DNA of 64,000 bases from Thermoanaerobaculia bacterium (GTDB taxonomy: Bacteria > Acidobacteriota > Thermoanaerobaculia > Multivoradales > Multivoraceae): contig OZ246956.1 in the NCBI GenBank assembly GCA_965232105.1, positions 386,499-450,498 of the forward strand. The letters are read 5' to 3'. The notes under the pieces are model-generated. The model had not been told where the DNA came from. It did not search any database and saw only the letters and a program-made list of their open reading frames with translations. The position numbers were made by a program, and so were the translations under genes. Shown piece after piece: positions 63,020 through 64,000 of this stretch (positions within the stretch are counted from its first letter, which is position 1; the number at the start of each line of letters is the position of its first letter).

Positions 63020-63805
63020 CTACCCGTACCGCCCCTCGATGTAGGCGGCCGTCTGGCTGTTCGCCGGGTTGAGGAACATCGATGCCGTGTCGCTGTGCTC
63101 GATCATCTCGCCGAGCAGCATGAAGACGCACTCTTCGCTCGCCCGGCGTGCCTGAGCCATGTTGTGGGTGACGATCAGGATCGTGTAGTCGCCGCGCAGC
63201 TTCCAGATCAGCTCCTCGACAGCCTCCGTGCCGGCAGGGTCGAGCGCCGAGCAGGGTTCGTCCATCAGCAGCAGCTTCGGCTTGACCGGCAGCAGCCGGG
63301 CGATGCAGAGCTTCTGCTGCTGCTCGAGCGAGAGCTCCGTGCCGCGGCGGTCGAGCGAGTCCTTCAGCTCGTCCCAGAGGAGCACCTCGCGCAGTGCCTC
63401 CTCGACGATCCGGTCGGACTCGCCTCTCGTCGGCTGGCGTTCGTTCGGGCGGTGAACCCGAGTCCCGAACAGGACATTGTCCCGAACCGACAGGGGTAGC
63501 GGGTTCGGGCGCTGGAAGACCATGCCCACCTGCTTGCGAAGCTGGGCCAGCTCCACGTTCGGATCGTAGATGTCGAGACCCCAGAGCCGGACGCTGCCCG
63601 ACGTGCGCACGTAGGGAAGGCGCTCGTTGATCCGGTTGACCGAGCGCAGCAGGGTCGTCTTGCCGCAACCCGAAGGGCCGATCAGGGACGTGATCGCACC
63701 GGCCCGGACCCGCAGGTCGACGTCGAACAGGGCCTGGAAGTCGCCGTACCAGAGGCTCAGTTTCTCGACGAAGATCGCCGCCGACGAATCGCCGCCGGAG
63801 GTCAT
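63020..63805 (-). CDS. pstB: Phosphate ABC transporter ATP-binding protein PstB (copy 1)
   Basis: Walker A 'GPSGCGKTT', signature 'LSLEQQQKL', PstB-type C-terminal '...AAYIEGRYG'. Confidence 0.9.
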   Translation of the reverse strand: MTSGGDSSAAIFVEKLSLWYGDFQALFDVDLRVRAGAITSLIGPSGCGKTTLLRSVNRINERLPYVRTSGSVRLWGLDIYDPNVELAQLRKQVGMVFQRPNPLPLSVRDNVLFGTRVHRPNERQPTRGESDRIVEEALREVLLWDELKDSLDRRGTELSLEQQQKLCIARLLPVKPKLLLMDEPCSALDPAGTEAVEELIWKLRGDYTILIVTHNMAQARRASEECVFMLLGEMIEHSDTASMFLNPANSQTAAYIEGRYG

Positions 63806-64000
63806 CCGAACTTCCCTTCGACGTAGGCGGTGGTACGCGGGTCCTGAGCGGCACCCTCGAACATCGCCTCCGTCTCGGTCACCTCGACCAGCTCGCCGGT
63901 CAGGAAGAAGGCGGTCTGCGAAGCCAGCCGCCGCGCCTGCTGGACGAGGTTCGTGACCAGGACGATCGTCATCTCGGACTTGAGTTCCGCCAGCACCTCC
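63802..64000 (-). CDS. pstB: Second PstB-like ABC ATPase, C-terminal part (gene continues beyond window end)
   Basis: C-terminal '...IVLVTNLVQQARRLASQTAFFLTGELVEVTE...TTAYVEGKFG' parallels the pstB copy 1 C-terminus. Translationally coupled (overlap) to copy 1. Confidence 0.7.
   Translation of the reverse strand, partial: EVLAELKSEMTIVLVTNLVQQARRLASQTAFFLTGELVEVTETEAMFEGAAQDPRTTAYVEGKFG

Noticed and set aside
61803-63854. 683-aa single ORF fusing the AAA ATPase and pstB
   Set aside because: pstB is complete in a different reading phase (63020-63805). The ATPase has its own ATG at 62966 preceded by the palindrome. The long frame is a read-through artefact.

Overview
High-GC (~68%) bacterial chromosome segment, most likely from a Gram-negative lineage given the TonB-dependent receptor, OprP-type porin and RodZ. 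The organism cannot be named from this sequence alone.

The core (12.4-45.2 kb, all on the minus strand) is an unusually contiguous translation/transcription super-cluster. In transcription order it runs tRNA-Thr, tuf, tRNA-Trp, secE, nusG, rplKAJL, rpoBC, rpsLG, fusA, a second tuf, the S10, spc and alpha operons, and ends at rplQ. Both rpsN (S14) and rpsD (S4) are absent from their canonical slots.

Upstream of the cluster lie rodZ, an atypical 690-aa Gre-factor-like protein, gatCA, a LysM-containing MurNAc-L-Ala amidase, lexA and an M16 peptidase pair. A divergent EF-G paralog sits convergent to rplQ; its catalytic His and its NKxD Asn are substituted.

Downstream lies a phosphate-related neighbourhood: phoB-phoR-phoU, a divergent OprO/OprP-type porin, a beta-helix protein with an Oar-like TonB-dependent receptor, and tandem pstB genes at the window edge. 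It also holds an S9 peptidase, a neutral ceramidase, an acyl-CoA dehydrogenase, a truncated and an intact cytochrome P450, and a DUF4143 AAA ATPase.

Non-coding observations:
- A previously unannotated REP-like repeat family, present in four copies, whose stems show compensatory (covarying) base changes.
- Arrays of CTTCAC direct repeats at 11/22-bp phasing in front of the porin and the beta-helix/receptor operon, proposed here as this organism's Pho box.
- A 41-bp AT-rich near-perfect palindrome at the pstB/ATPase junction.

No CRISPR array, insertion sequence or rRNA gene is present.
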